A stretch of DNA of 51,465 nt from Theionarchaea archaeon (GCA_018992565.1 JACVGW010000011.1:1-51465), one strand, 5' to 3'; numbered from the stretch's first letter, positions 20,461 through 31,040 are shown. Notes: generated by a model not told the origin, from the letters alone. Translations and numbers: made by a program.

Positions 20461-22197
20461 TCAGTTTTCTTTGTCGTACAGTTTTTTCAAAGCCTCACGA
20501 TACTGCTCTCTGTTGATTTCACCATAGACGAACTGAGCTTTCAGTTTTCGCTCTTTTTCCTTGATTTTTTCTGGCAATTCTTTCCTTTCGGGCTTTTCTT
20601 CTTTTGGTTTGGACTCTTCCTCTTTTTCTTCTACAGGGTGAACAGGTCTCTGGCTTCGCATCCTCATCAATAAGTAAACACCTATTCCAAGTCCTCCAAG
20701 CATCAAGAGCATCAACAGAAGGCCCAATGGCCTGCCTTGCTCTGTCGGTTGATCCTCTTCCTCTTCTCCGGATGCAAGCAGACTCTCTATCTCATCAATT
20801 CTGTCTGCGCAGGCCTCCTCTCCATCCTTCTCTCCCAATTCCTGGTACATGCTCATGGCATCCTGGTACAGGAGAAGCGCTTCTGAATACTGCTCTTGCG
20901 CGAAGTAGGCTTCAGCCTCAGCAAAGGCAGCATCAGCTGCCTCCAATTCCAGCACCTCCTCACACTCAGCTATGTATTCCTGACACGTGTCAGCCATCCC
21001 CTGGTTACCACTTTCCAGAAAGGCCGTCCTTGCCTGGTTAAACAAGTTGATCGCTTCTGCGCAATTCCCCTGATCAAACATGGCTACTGCCCTCTCATAG
21101 TATTCACTCCCCTTATCTGGAGAGGGTGTTATGTCAACCTGATTCTTGAGGAAGAACAGAAAGGAATCCAGATCCCCTGCCATGGCACTTACTGATTGAG
21201 AAAGCAAAATGTCTGGCCAGCCATCCCTGTTTAAGTCTGTTATCACCATGGATGTGAACCCGTCCCGCAATTCCCTCCGCTCGAACCGGTACTGCCACAG
21301 GAGCGTACCTTGCAGATCCAGGATTTCCAGCCTCAAGAGAGATGAGGCCACGATGATCTCAGGTACTCCGTCCTTTGTCAAATCAGCAACAGCCAGAATA
21401 TCTGCACGTGACGACTTGAGAACAAGTTCCTGCTTCAGTCCATCAGATCTGGCCTGCCATATGTAAATTCTTCTGTTATCAGTGGACACGAAAATCTCTT
21501 TCTCTCGATCTCCGTTACTATCAGCCACCGTCATATCCAGCAAGTTTTGAGCTCCGGGGCTGGTCCACAACTTGTTCCCATATGTATCAAATACGTGGAC
21601 ATTCTGCATGGTAAGGACGATTATTTCTGGAATGTCATCCCAGGTCAAGTCAGTTATGACAATTTTCTTGATCTGGCTACCAATGTTGTACCTCCAGGAT
21701 AGTGACTCTCCTCTGCAAATAACTTCCCGGGTCCCCACCAGGAGTTCTACACTTCCATCCTTGTCCAGATCGCCTGCTTCACAGGTGAAGACTACTGTAC
21801 CTACCGGAGAATAATTGAGGTTCTGTGCCTTATATGAGAGAATATACAAATCTGCTGTGGAAACAAGGATTTCTTTCAGCCCATCACCATCCAGGTCCGA
21901 GATTGACAACCCATTGACCGGGTAGGAGCATGTCCATTGATATTTCTTGTTTCCTTTAGGATCCATGACCACCACAGCATACTCAGGAAGCCCTGCTTTG
22001 GGCCGTATGCTCATGGCTGCCACAATGTCTTGAATTCCGTCTCCATCCACATCATCAACAGCCAGATGGTTGATCGTTTCTTTCCGTTCTTCTGTGCTGT
22101 AGCTGCGCTGCCATTCCTTTACGAAAAAATCCTGAGCGGCCAGAGAGGCAATCAGCACAGCACCTATGCAAGCCAGGAGAACACTTTTCCGGTTCAC
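20461..22197 (-). CDS. Secreted FG-GAP/VCBS repeat beta-propeller protein with TPR-like helices, TM and SHOCT-like tail
   Basis: Signal peptide; repeated D(V/L)DGDGxxEI motifs; TPR-like AxxYFxxxxYxEA; TM; GEINREQYREALKKL. Confidence 0.85.
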   Translation of the reverse strand: MNRKSVLLACIGAVLIASLAAQDFFVKEWQRSYSTEERKETINHLAVDDVDGDGIQDIVAAMSIRPKAGLPEYAVVVMDPKGNKKYQWTCSYPVNGLSISDLDGDGLKEILVSTADLYILSYKAQNLNYSPVGTVVFTCEAGDLDKDGSVELLVGTREVICRGESLSWRYNIGSQIKKIVITDLTWDDIPEIIVLTMQNVHVFDTYGNKLWTSPGAQNLLDMTVADSNGDREKEIFVSTDNRRIYIWQARSDGLKQELVLKSSRADILAVADLTKDGVPEIIVASSLLRLEILDLQGTLLWQYRFERRELRDGFTSMVITDLNRDGWPDILLSQSVSAMAGDLDSFLFFLKNQVDITPSPDKGSEYYERAVAMFDQGNCAEAINLFNQARTAFLESGNQGMADTCQEYIAECEEVLELEAADAAFAEAEAYFAQEQYSEALLLYQDAMSMYQELGEKDGEEACADRIDEIESLLASGEEEEDQPTEQGRPLGLLLMLLMLGGLGIGVYLLMRMRSQRPVHPVEEKEEESKPKEEKPERKELPEKIKEKERKLKAQFVYGEINREQYREALKKLYDKEN

Positions 22198-22489
22198 AGA
22201 ACCACCACTTCACGTTTGAGCAATTCATATATAAACATTGTTGTGCTGCAGGCTCTGAGTGGTCCTCGCCCCACTATAGTCTATCATTTGAGAACCACTC
22301 TGTCAATGGGTGAAGCATTTATTCGCGAGAAGGCAAAAGTTCGTGGCCTGGAAAGGGTCTCTCATGGGAGGCCACACCAGAACCGGGGCGGAGTATGTCC
22401 CTTACGATGAGATTTTCAGGTGAGGGCGCGGTTGGGCTAGGTTTGCACAAAACCTCACACACTCAATGGTTATAACCGAGAGATGTCCC

Positions 22490-23755
22490 ATGAGGATGGT
22501 GATAGGTTTGAAACGACTCGCACTGGCGGTATTGCTTCTGGGGAGCTTGGTTCCCATTGGATGTGAGAGTAGTCTTCCTCACATCCTCATCGATGTAGGC
22601 CATGGCGGGTATCCTCTTTCGGGGGACGCTCTTCATGACTTTAAGCAGCTGGCAGATGAGAAGGGGCTTGTGGTAGATTGTAGGGAGCTGGAAAGCATAG
22701 ATCCACATGTGTATTGCCTGATAATGCTCCTGAACCCAGAGACTGTATTTGGGTCACGAGATATTCAGGTACTGAAGACATACCTCCTTGAAGGAGGAAC
22801 TGTCTTTGTGGCAGGATCAGGAGATTATGAAAACAGGGATCACAGTGAGGTTACCAATTCCTTGCTTGAAGGAATAGGGTCCAGTATGAGGTTCAATGAT
22901 GATCAAGTGACAGATGAGAAAAACGCTGGGAAACCCTATATACCACTTGTTGATCAGTGGGTTCCTCATCCAGTGACAGCATCTCTGTCCCCTATCAGTG
23001 TCTACAGTCCTCAATCTGTTTCACCAGGTGGGGGACATCCTCTCCTTCGAGGGAGTGCTACCACCCGGACCAGCGATACAGATGGTGAAGGTTTTGCAGG
23101 TGGAAAAGGAGAGGATATTACATTCATGGCTGTAGAACGGCTGGGAAAGGGGGATCTTCTTGTAGCGGGGTCATGGGATCTTCTCAGTGGATTCAGATTC
23201 ACTGGACATCGTGAATTTGCCGAGAATCTGCTGTGGTTTTGCCAGTCGAAGGCCACCCTTTCCCTGTACGAGGATTTGTTCATGGGAGCACCTATTTTCA
23301 CAGGTGAGGAATGCCGACCTGAAGTGGACGAGAGGGGAGCTCAAATCCTCTCTTCATCGCTCTCTGGACCTGAGGGAAAGGATGTGTCAGTCATAATTGG
23401 AGGACCCCAGGCCAATTCAGACTGTGCCAAAATCAACCCATTCTTACCTGTACAGTTTGAGAAGGATGGGGCGCTGGGCCATTGGTATCTTACCAGAAAT
23501 GGTGAAAGATTCACTGGCCAGAATTGCGGCATCCTTGCAGTCGTAACGGTACATGAGGAAAAGGTGCTTGTTCTGGCAGGGCTGGGAGGAACAGGCACCA
23601 TGGGGGCTGTTAACCTCGTGATGTCTTTGGAGAGGTTTGAGTTCACCCCCTGGTACAACACCTATGGAGAAGCTGTCCTGTTCATTGTACAAGGCGACTC
23701 CAATGCCAATGGTGTTTGTGAACCTTCAGAACAGTGGGAAATATGCTTCCTATGA
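22490..23755 (+). CDS. Secreted protein with DUF4350/GATase-like domain and S-layer-like C-terminal domain
   Basis: Signal peptide; ILIDVGHG, YLLEGG, IIGGPQAN, LAGLGGTGT. Confidence 0.65.
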   Translation: MRMVIGLKRLALAVLLLGSLVPIGCESSLPHILIDVGHGGYPLSGDALHDFKQLADEKGLVVDCRELESIDPHVYCLIMLLNPETVFGSRDIQVLKTYLLEGGTVFVAGSGDYENRDHSEVTNSLLEGIGSSMRFNDDQVTDEKNAGKPYIPLVDQWVPHPVTASLSPISVYSPQSVSPGGGHPLLRGSATTRTSDTDGEGFAGGKGEDITFMAVERLGKGDLLVAGSWDLLSGFRFTGHREFAENLLWFCQSKATLSLYEDLFMGAPIFTGEECRPEVDERGAQILSSSLSGPEGKDVSVIIGGPQANSDCAKINPFLPVQFEKDGALGHWYLTRNGERFTGQNCGILAVVTVHEEKVLVLAGLGGTGTMGAVNLVMSLERFEFTPWYNTYGEAVLFIVQGDSNANGVCEPSEQWEICFL

Positions 23756-23982
23756 CTCTTTTTCTTTTCCTTTTCTTTTTTTTAATCAGAACTTTCAACA
23801 CTCATTCCTTATAATTTAATGAATAGCACATTCAAGGATTATCCATATTGTCCTAAAGAGATAAAAAAACATATCTATATTACAAGTGTACGGCAATCCA
23901 TACGGCTCTCTTGAAAAAGCATCCCAACCGAAAAGCTTTTAATAGTACTTATCAAAAAGCGCAGAGAGGAGGTTTGCTGAAA

Positions 23983-24252
23983 ATGGCTGACAATGTAGTC
24001 TATGTTGGAAATAAGCCCCCCATGAGCTACGTGCTGGCTGTGATCACCCTTTTCAATGAAGGGAATAAGACAGTCATTTTGAAGGCTCGAGGAAAAGCTA
24101 TTTCCACAGCAGTGGACGTATGCGAACTGACCAGAAACAGATTCCTTTCAGAACTTGAAGTGAAAGAAATCAAGACAGGTACAGAAGAACTTCCGCGCAG
24201 AGAAGGTGGAACAATCAACACCTCAACAATTGAGATAACCCTTTCTAAATAG
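23983..24252 (+). CDS. albA: DNA/RNA-binding protein Alba
   Basis: [34 protein letters not shown]. Confidence 0.96.
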   Translation: MADNVVYVGNKPPMSYVLAVITLFNEGNKTVILKARGKAISTAVDVCELTRNRFLSELEVKEIKTGTEELPRREGGTINTSTIEITLSK

Positions 24253-24263
24253 AGGAAGAATAT

Positions 24264-24767
24264 ATGAAGGCACCCATTTGCGAGATATGCCTCAAGAGTG
24301 GCATACTGTGTTTAGGCTGTGAAGAAAAGCTGAAGAAAGGAGTAATTACTGATCTAGATGTCAAGATATCCAAACTCCTCTATCAACTGGAACAGGAACA
24401 TCATATTAGAGATATTTCCTTTGTGAAAGCAGTGGAGTCACGGTCCATAATTGTAATTATAGTAGGTAAGGGGGAAATTGGAAACCTTATTGGAAAAGGG
24501 GGGAAGACAGTCAAGTTTCTGCAGCGCTCATTGAGAAAGAAAATCCGCATTATTGAGGATACTGATGATGTGAAAAAGATAATCCAGGACCTGTTGCATC
24601 CAGCACGTGTTCTGGGCATGAATATCTTGTACTTTCCATCAGGTGAGAAGAAGTATAAGGTCAGAGTACCCAGAGAAGATGAAAGAAGAATTCCCACCAC
24701 ACTACAATCTGCAGAAGAGATTCTGTCAAAACTGACTGATTTGAATATTCAGATGACTCTTGAGTAG
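24264..24767 (+). CDS. NusA-like KH-domain RNA-binding protein with N-terminal Cys motif
   Basis: MKAPICEICLKSGILC; KH loop LIGKGGK. Confidence 0.8.
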   Translation: MKAPICEICLKSGILCLGCEEKLKKGVITDLDVKISKLLYQLEQEHHIRDISFVKAVESRSIIVIIVGKGEIGNLIGKGGKTVKFLQRSLRKKIRIIEDTDDVKKIIQDLLHPARVLGMNILYFPSGEKKYKVRVPREDERRIPTTLQSAEEILSKLTDLNIQMTLE

Positions 24768-24923
24768 GATTCTTTGTAGTATTGGACGGATATTTCAGGT
24801 TGTAGCCTTTGTTTCGTGTATGAGTCTTCTGTGTACCACTTGATCCATCTTGCTTGATATTCCTTCAAGAATCCTTCTGATATTGAAAAGGCACTTCGCT
24901 GTTCTATTTCTTTCAGAAAACGT

Positions 24924-26123
24924 CTATATTCCCAGCCAGAATTTCCCTATCTTGTGAGGCCTTTTTACCAAATTCCATAAGAACATATTATATGGAATAT
25001 CTCCCACAATCATGTCTCTTACCATGGTTCCAAACCACCTGTCTTTAGCTGATATTTTTACCACATGCTCCTGATCTCGTTCTGTATCCAGGGCAAGTCT
25101 TCTCAGCCATGGTCCCCACTTCATGTCTGCTCCTATTCTCTGATCTGTTCTCTCCTTATACTTCTTGAGCATTCCTTTGGAAAAATCTTCCTTACGAAGG
25201 GCTTCTACAGCTACTTCCCCTGCTATTTTACCAGATACCATTGAATAGTAGATTCCTTCTCCCGTTGGGAGAGAGACAAACCCTGCAGCATCTCCTGCAA
25301 TCATGAATCCATCTCGATATATGGGCGAAGAAATACCAGAAAATCCAATCATAGCCGACTGCGGGTAAAGAACATGAGCGTTCTTCACTTTTTCACGTGC
25401 CACTGGATGGTCTTTGATAAACCTGTCCAAACACTGTTTCATGGTTATGGTATAATGTTTGAAAGCACGAAACCATGTCCCGCACCCCACAGTGACTATA
25501 CCATCTTTGGGGAAAATCCAGGAATATCCATAGGGAACCCAGGAAGAGCCAAAGTAGATTTCGAGATTGTTTCCAATTTTCTCGTCAATCTCTGTGTTAT
25601 CCATGCTCATCTGGTACTGGTAGGTGGCAGCCTGGTTAGAATCATTGCCCCTATAGAGATTGAGAGCGCGGGCACATGAAGAAGGTGTACCATCACAGGC
25701 AATTACAATAGCTGCTCGTATTTCCTCATCATTGACCCTCACTCCGACTACTTTCCCGTTCTTAACCAGTGGTTCTGCAGGAGCATTCTCCACAAGACTT
25801 GCGCCAGCTGACTGAGCTTCTCTGGCCAGGTAATAGTCGAATTTTTCTCGCATGACAAAGTAGGCCATAGTCCTGTCACTGGGCAGTGTTGCTGTCTTAT
25901 TCCGGGGAGAACACAAAAAGATTCCCGTGCAGGGCCTATCCCAGAATTGATTGCTGGCTTTGAAGTCGAATTCTCGCAGGACTCTTCCAGATACAGCTCC
26001 TCCACAGGGTTTCTCTCGCTTGAGAGGTCCTTTCTCATACACTGTTACTGTGAACCCTTGCTCTGCTACAACTCTGGCAGCCATGGTTCCTGCGGGGCCT
26101 GCTCCAATGATAACAACATCCAT
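24924..26123 (-). CDS. Geranylgeranyl reductase family FAD oxidoreductase
   Basis: GAGPAG, KPCGG, ACDG, GYSWIFPK, GDAAGFV..TGEGI. Confidence 0.9.
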   Translation of the reverse strand: MDVVIIGAGPAGTMAARVVAEQGFTVTVYEKGPLKREKPCGGAVSGRVLREFDFKASNQFWDRPCTGIFLCSPRNKTATLPSDRTMAYFVMREKFDYYLAREAQSAGASLVENAPAEPLVKNGKVVGVRVNDEEIRAAIVIACDGTPSSCARALNLYRGNDSNQAATYQYQMSMDNTEIDEKIGNNLEIYFGSSWVPYGYSWIFPKDGIVTVGCGTWFRAFKHYTITMKQCLDRFIKDHPVAREKVKNAHVLYPQSAMIGFSGISSPIYRDGFMIAGDAAGFVSLPTGEGIYYSMVSGKIAGEVAVEALRKEDFSKGMLKKYKERTDQRIGADMKWGPWLRRLALDTERDQEHVVKISAKDRWFGTMVRDMIVGDIPYNMFLWNLVKRPHKIGKFWLGI

Positions 26124-26318
26124 TCATGCACCTCCAGATACTCTGCCGGATGCCCGTGCTGGTGGGATCCTGTTGATGGTTTTGTCACGCACACCATTTA
26201 AGGTTGTGGTTGAAACGGTGGTGACTCCCACGAATATGCTGAGGTAGGGAGCACCACATACTGCGAGACTGCATTGCCGCATCACATACGCTTTTTAACT
26301 GAGTGACTAACACACTGT

Positions 26319-27506
26319 ATGACAAAGAGTATTTTCACCCTGGCACTTCATGCAGGTAGCCCTCCTGCACCCGACTTCATTCCAGTGGTTCCACCTATCT
26401 ACACTGCTGTTACCTATACCTATCCTTTCATGAAGGACATGGAAGCAGTTTTCTCTGGAGAGAAGTCAGGGTACGTATATGCCAGACATGGAGCTCCCAC
26501 CACTGCGTCTCTAGAGAAAGCGGTGGCTGCCCTGGAGGGAGGCGACGCTGCCCTTGCTTTCAGCTCAGGGATGGCAGCTATCCATGCAGCCTTGCTGGCG
26601 ACAGGAATCAAGAAAGAAGACTGCATACTGGCTGCTAATGATCTTTATGGAGCAACTCGGACGTTACTCGCCCAACACTACCAGAATATGGGTATCAAGA
26701 CATATTTCGTAGATATTTTCAATCTTCAACAGGTAGAGGATACTCTTGAGACTGCAGCTCCCAAGGTCCTCTTCTTTGAGAGTATTTCCAATCCATTGCT
26801 GAGAGTGGCCAATATCCCTGAATTGACAGCCCTGGCTCACCAGTACAATACCCGGGTCATTGTGGACAGCACCTTTGCCACCCCTTACCTTATTACTCCC
26901 TTACAGCACGGGGCAGACCTGGTGGTGCACAGTTCCACCAAGTACATCTCAGGGCATGGAGACGCACTGGGTGGAGTTGTCACATATCACAGAGAATTCC
27001 AAGAACCTCTGTATGACATATCAAAGATGTTGGGGGCTACGCTGGGCCCCTTTGAGGCGTATCTCACTTTGCGCGGGCTAAAAACATTACCTTTGAGGAT
27101 GAAAAGACACTGTGAGAATGCTCTGGCAGTGGCTGAATGCTTGAAGAAGAACCCACGAATTCGAGCTGTGCACTATCCTGGACTATCCACACATCCTCAT
27201 CATGACCTTGCATCACGGTTGTACGAGGAGAAAGGCTATGGAGGAGTAGTGACCTTTGAAATCAAGAATGCTGGGCAGAAAGAGGTATTCGCCTTTTTTG
27301 AAGCACTGACCCTGATAACACCTGCTACTTCTCTCGGTGATATCTACAGTCTGATTCTCTATCCTGTCCACGCATCTCACAGAGGGTTAACCTCAGAAGA
27401 GAGGAAATCCGTGGGGATAACTGAAGGAATGGTTCGTCTTTCAGTAGGGATAGAAGATTCCAGAGACATTATAGCAGATATTGAACAGGGGCTCCAATCC
27501 TTATAG
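26319..27506 (+). CDS. PLP-dependent Cys/Met metabolism enzyme (cystathionine gamma-synthase/methionine gamma-lyase family)
   Basis: YAR.G.PT, FSSGMAAI, ESISNP, VDSTFATP, HSSTKYISGHGD, RLSVGIED. Confidence 0.92.
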   Translation: MTKSIFTLALHAGSPPAPDFIPVVPPIYTAVTYTYPFMKDMEAVFSGEKSGYVYARHGAPTTASLEKAVAALEGGDAALAFSSGMAAIHAALLATGIKKEDCILAANDLYGATRTLLAQHYQNMGIKTYFVDIFNLQQVEDTLETAAPKVLFFESISNPLLRVANIPELTALAHQYNTRVIVDSTFATPYLITPLQHGADLVVHSSTKYISGHGDALGGVVTYHREFQEPLYDISKMLGATLGPFEAYLTLRGLKTLPLRMKRHCENALAVAECLKKNPRIRAVHYPGLSTHPHHDLASRLYEEKGYGGVVTFEIKNAGQKEVFAFFEALTLITPATSLGDIYSLILYPVHASHRGLTSEERKSVGITEGMVRLSVGIEDSRDIIADIEQGLQSL

Positions 27507-27585
27507 AGAGCTCTCACCTGTTATTCTTGAGACGTGAGTCTGTATTCTACTGGGGCCGAGAGTCTCCCAGCAATCACCAGACACC

Positions 27586-28092
27586 TTATTTCCCATAGGC
27601 TTCGTAGGATACAATTTCTGAGAGAGGTCTTCGACTGGAGGTACGACTCTCGTCAGGGTAACCCATGGATACGCAGCAGAGAATTCTGAGAGGATCACGT
27701 ATCTTCAGAAGTGCTTTCATATCGTTCTCAAAGCTTGCATCGATTACTCCCATCCAGCAGGTTCCCAGTCCCTGAGCATGTGCAGCCAAGAGAAGGTTCT
27801 GAGTAGCTATACATGCATCCATCAAGTAGTATTTGGGATTCAAATCAGGATCACCCAGGACCACAAAGACAACAGGGCTATCCTTCATGAACTGTCCATA
27901 GGGATGCATTTCAGATAGCTTCTTTCTGGTTTCTTGATTTCTCACGACAACAAAGTGCCAGGGCTGCTTGTTACTGGCAGAAGGAGCCCACCTGGCAGCT
28001 TCCAGACACCTCTGGATTTTTTCATCCTCTACAGAATCTTCTGTGTATTTTCGAATACTTCTTCTTGCTTTTATAGCATCGAGGACATCCAT
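27586..28092 (-). CDS. Nitroreductase family protein
   Basis: RRSIRKY, APSASNKQPW, LAAHAQGLGTCW. Confidence 0.93.
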   Translation of the reverse strand: MDVLDAIKARRSIRKYTEDSVEDEKIQRCLEAARWAPSASNKQPWHFVVVRNQETRKKLSEMHPYGQFMKDSPVVFVVLGDPDLNPKYYLMDACIATQNLLLAAHAQGLGTCWMGVIDASFENDMKALLKIRDPLRILCCVSMGYPDESRTSSRRPLSEIVSYEAYGK

Positions 28093-28158
28093 TTTCTCAC
28101 CATAATTCTTGGTTCTCATGTGGCATAAAAGGTTTCGGGGTTATTGCGGACCCTCCTT

Positions 28159-28258
28159 NNNNNNNNNNNNNNNNNNNNNNNNNNNNNNNNNNNNNNNNNN
28201 NNNNNNNNNNNNNNNNNNNNNNNNNNNNNNNNNNNNNNNNNNNNNNNNNNNNNNNNNN
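28159..28258. other. Assembly gap (100 N)
   Basis: Run of N; true length unknown. Confidence 0.99.
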
Positions 28259-28835
28259 AGGGGGAGGAAGGAGGACAGATACACCAATGGATTTCGAGCA
28301 GGGTCTTTGTTACCACGTTGCCAAACCGTGCTTGTGATCTCCCTTCATGAGGCGGGTTATGGTTCTCCAAATCCGCTTCCGTGTCCAGGCACTGGTACCC
28401 CAGACTGGAGAGTTGGTCTCTACAGGCCGGCAGGTCTTTGTCCTGAATGAGCAGATCAATATCAGCAAGAGGTCTCAACCCCATGTTCCCATAGACTGCT
28501 TTGGCCAGAAATATGCCTTTGAGACAAATGACTGGAATTGCAGCATCTGAGAAAACTCCGAGAATCTTTGCGAGTTCATGATAGAAAATCATATTACGGC
28601 CGACAGTCTCCAGGTACCTTCTCTTGAGGTGAGCTATCACATCGTCAGGTGTCTTCTCAAATCCTTTCAGATTCCAGTAGAGGAGTGGTGAGATTTCATG
28701 CAGATCAGAGCTATCTACTATATGCTTCCAGTCCATGTCTTCATTCAACAGGGCAGCGAGCTTTGAGTGTGTTTCAGACGTCATCTGGGTCCGCGCGCAG
28801 CACAAAAGGACTTCCTCTTCCGGTGAAAGATTCAT
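28259..28835 (-). CDS. Uncharacterised nucleotidyltransferase family protein (NTP_transf_5-like), 3' end lost in the gap
   Basis: LLCCAR, DW..H.ISPLLY, CLKGIFLA..VYG..GLRPLADIDLLI, LEIHW. Confidence 0.85.
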
Positions 28836-28888
28836 GTGAAACACACATTCCTCCAGGGGTCTGATATAAAAAGATATGGGCTGACCAC

Positions 28889-29734
28889 TCAAAGGCCCAG
28901 TGATATCTCTCTCATCACGTCTACAATGGACTCTGCAGGGACAAATCCAAGACGGTAGCAGGGGATATCAATCATTAACTCTGAGAGAAACTCCATAGTG
29001 AACACCATGCCCGCTCCGTCCCATCTTGGACAGAATGTGTGGCGAAGCATTGTTGCTAGAGTACCTTTCTGAGGTTCGAGGAAATTTCGTGGGGCGTGCT
29101 CAATGAAAAAGATGGCCTTTAACGGGAACTCCTGCGGGGAGGACATTTCAGTGTCTTTAACCCAGGGAGTACCATATACCAAATAGGGGGGTCTGCCCTT
29201 CCTCACGATGAGCGTGTCATCACTCAGAACAGTACAGTTCCTATACTTCCACAAAGCAGCCATAGTGCTCTTGCCAGCTCCTGACAATCCTGCACACATG
29301 AGTACATTCTCATCATCGACGATGCCCGCTCCATGGATCATGACGCCCAAGCCGGAGGCCAATATAGTTGCAAGAATATACCGGAAGAAAAACCGTTTCA
29401 GAGGATGCAGATATGTAGTGTAGAAATCGACTACCTTCTCCTTAGAATTTGCCTTCATGACTGCATCCCGCAACTCACGCCTGTAATCACGGATGTGAAA
29501 CTGAGTGATGAGATTGTCGCCATCGTGATACGTACTCAGTCTTTCTGAGCTATATACCTTTTCGCTTGGAAGAGAGAAAGGAGGATCCGAATTATGAAGT
29601 CTGAGAATTATGTCCGGGTTCCTGTCAGTAATGAATTTTTCATATATTTCGGGCAGCTCCAGATTACAGGAACAATGAGACTCTACTGCAATATTGACAG
29701 CACCAATACCAATGATAACGTCCTTCCATGTCAT
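28889..29734 (-). CDS. HprK-related P-loop kinase (ScmC-like)
   Basis: HGAGI, Walker A GLSGAGKST, LSDD, YGTPW. Confidence 0.8.
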   Translation of the reverse strand: MTWKDVIIGIGAVNIAVESHCSCNLELPEIYEKFITDRNPDIILRLHNSDPPFSLPSEKVYSSERLSTYHDGDNLITQFHIRDYRRELRDAVMKANSKEKVVDFYTTYLHPLKRFFFRYILATILASGLGVMIHGAGIVDDENVLMCAGLSGAGKSTMAALWKYRNCTVLSDDTLIVRKGRPPYLVYGTPWVKDTEMSSPQEFPLKAIFFIEHAPRNFLEPQKGTLATMLRHTFCPRWDGAGMVFTMEFLSELMIDIPCYRLGFVPAESIVDVMREISLGL

Positions 29735-29864
29735 TTCAGTTCACCTGCAAAGATCAGGTAATCAACGACTAATCATCTTATAAATCTTTTTGCCGAAAAC
29801 TGTAAGATTGTCATACGTTGTGAGAATGACAGAACCTTTAAGAATTCTCATGATAGGTACACGT

Positions 29865-30917
29865 ATGCAGGACGAAAAGGACTCTAGCAGGAAATCCTCG
29901 CATACAGTGAGATTCTGCTGTTCTTGCGGGCGCTCATTACAAGGAGTACATGAACCAGAAAAGGAAGCAGCAGTGTGGTTATGCGAATCCTGCGCGAGAG
30001 AGGAGCAGAAGCTGGTTCCCCATCTTCGCATGGGAGAGTACAGGCTCCTCCAGAGACTTGCGAGAGGTGGAAAATCAGTGGTGTACAAGGCATGGCAGCC
30101 TACCACATGTCAGGTGGTTGTTCTCAAGCAACTTTTACCAGCTGATGAACATCACCTGAAGCGCTTTCGTCATGAAATTGCCATCATGCAGAACGTGATT
30201 CATCCCAATATTGTTTCTCTCCTGGACCACGAGACTACTACCGAACCCTTCTATTCTGTTCTTGAATACATGCCCAGAGGAACCCTGCACAGTGAAGCGA
30301 GAACACAGTCTATGCCAGTTCCTGAGATATGCTGGAATTTCTGCCAGATCTTGGAGGCCCTGGATTACCTGCATGGAAAAAGAATCGTACATCGTGATGT
30401 GAAACCCCATAATATACTCCTCACAGCAAATGGGACAGCCAAACTTGCAGATTTCGGCTGTGCTCGTGAGATGAATGGAAATGATCTGTGTATACCTGAT
30501 ACCGGTAGGACTATTCCTTTCCTTTCTCCTGAAGAAATACAGGACAGCACCTACTTGAGCCCGTCAACAGATATGTATGCTGTGGGAGTGAGTCTGTACT
30601 ACCTTATCAGTGGGACGTTTCCGTTTCCATTTCCGTCCCAGGAGTCTGTTGTCAGAGTAGTACTAGGAGGAGAATCTTCCCGTGACCCTATAGCCCTGAT
30701 TCTTGAGAACAGGGAAAGAATCGAAACTGAGTTCGGGCGTGCGGTAATGCAGTCAATTGTGGAGGAGGATCGAATACCTGTTGGAATGTTCAGAAAGGAC
30801 ATTCCCAAGGACCTGGCTCGAATCATTGACAAGTCTGTCACGAAAAGGGAAGAAGATAGGGTCATGTCCGCGCGGGAAATGAGAGATGCGCTGCTGGCTC
30901 ACAGCCACAGGCTTTGA
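29865..30917 (+). CDS. Hanks-type Ser/Thr protein kinase with N-terminal zinc ribbon
   Basis: CxxC...CxxC; LARGGKSVVY, VVLK, HRDVKPHN, DFG, SPEE, DMYAVG; start uncertain. Confidence 0.9.
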   Translation: MQDEKDSSRKSSHTVRFCCSCGRSLQGVHEPEKEAAVWLCESCAREEQKLVPHLRMGEYRLLQRLARGGKSVVYKAWQPTTCQVVVLKQLLPADEHHLKRFRHEIAIMQNVIHPNIVSLLDHETTTEPFYSVLEYMPRGTLHSEARTQSMPVPEICWNFCQILEALDYLHGKRIVHRDVKPHNILLTANGTAKLADFGCAREMNGNDLCIPDTGRTIPFLSPEEIQDSTYLSPSTDMYAVGVSLYYLISGTFPFPFPSQESVVRVVLGGESSRDPIALILENRERIETEFGRAVMQSIVEEDRIPVGMFRKDIPKDLARIIDKSVTKREEDRVMSAREMRDALLAHSHRL

Positions 30918-31040
30918 ATCGGATGCTGTAATGCTGCTGCTTTTTCTACAAGTCAGCTCGTTATAGGAACATTCCCTTAAAAACAGAATCTTTTTTTATG
31001 ATGAATTTTTGAACAGAGAGAGTTAAAAAGAAACTCATCG

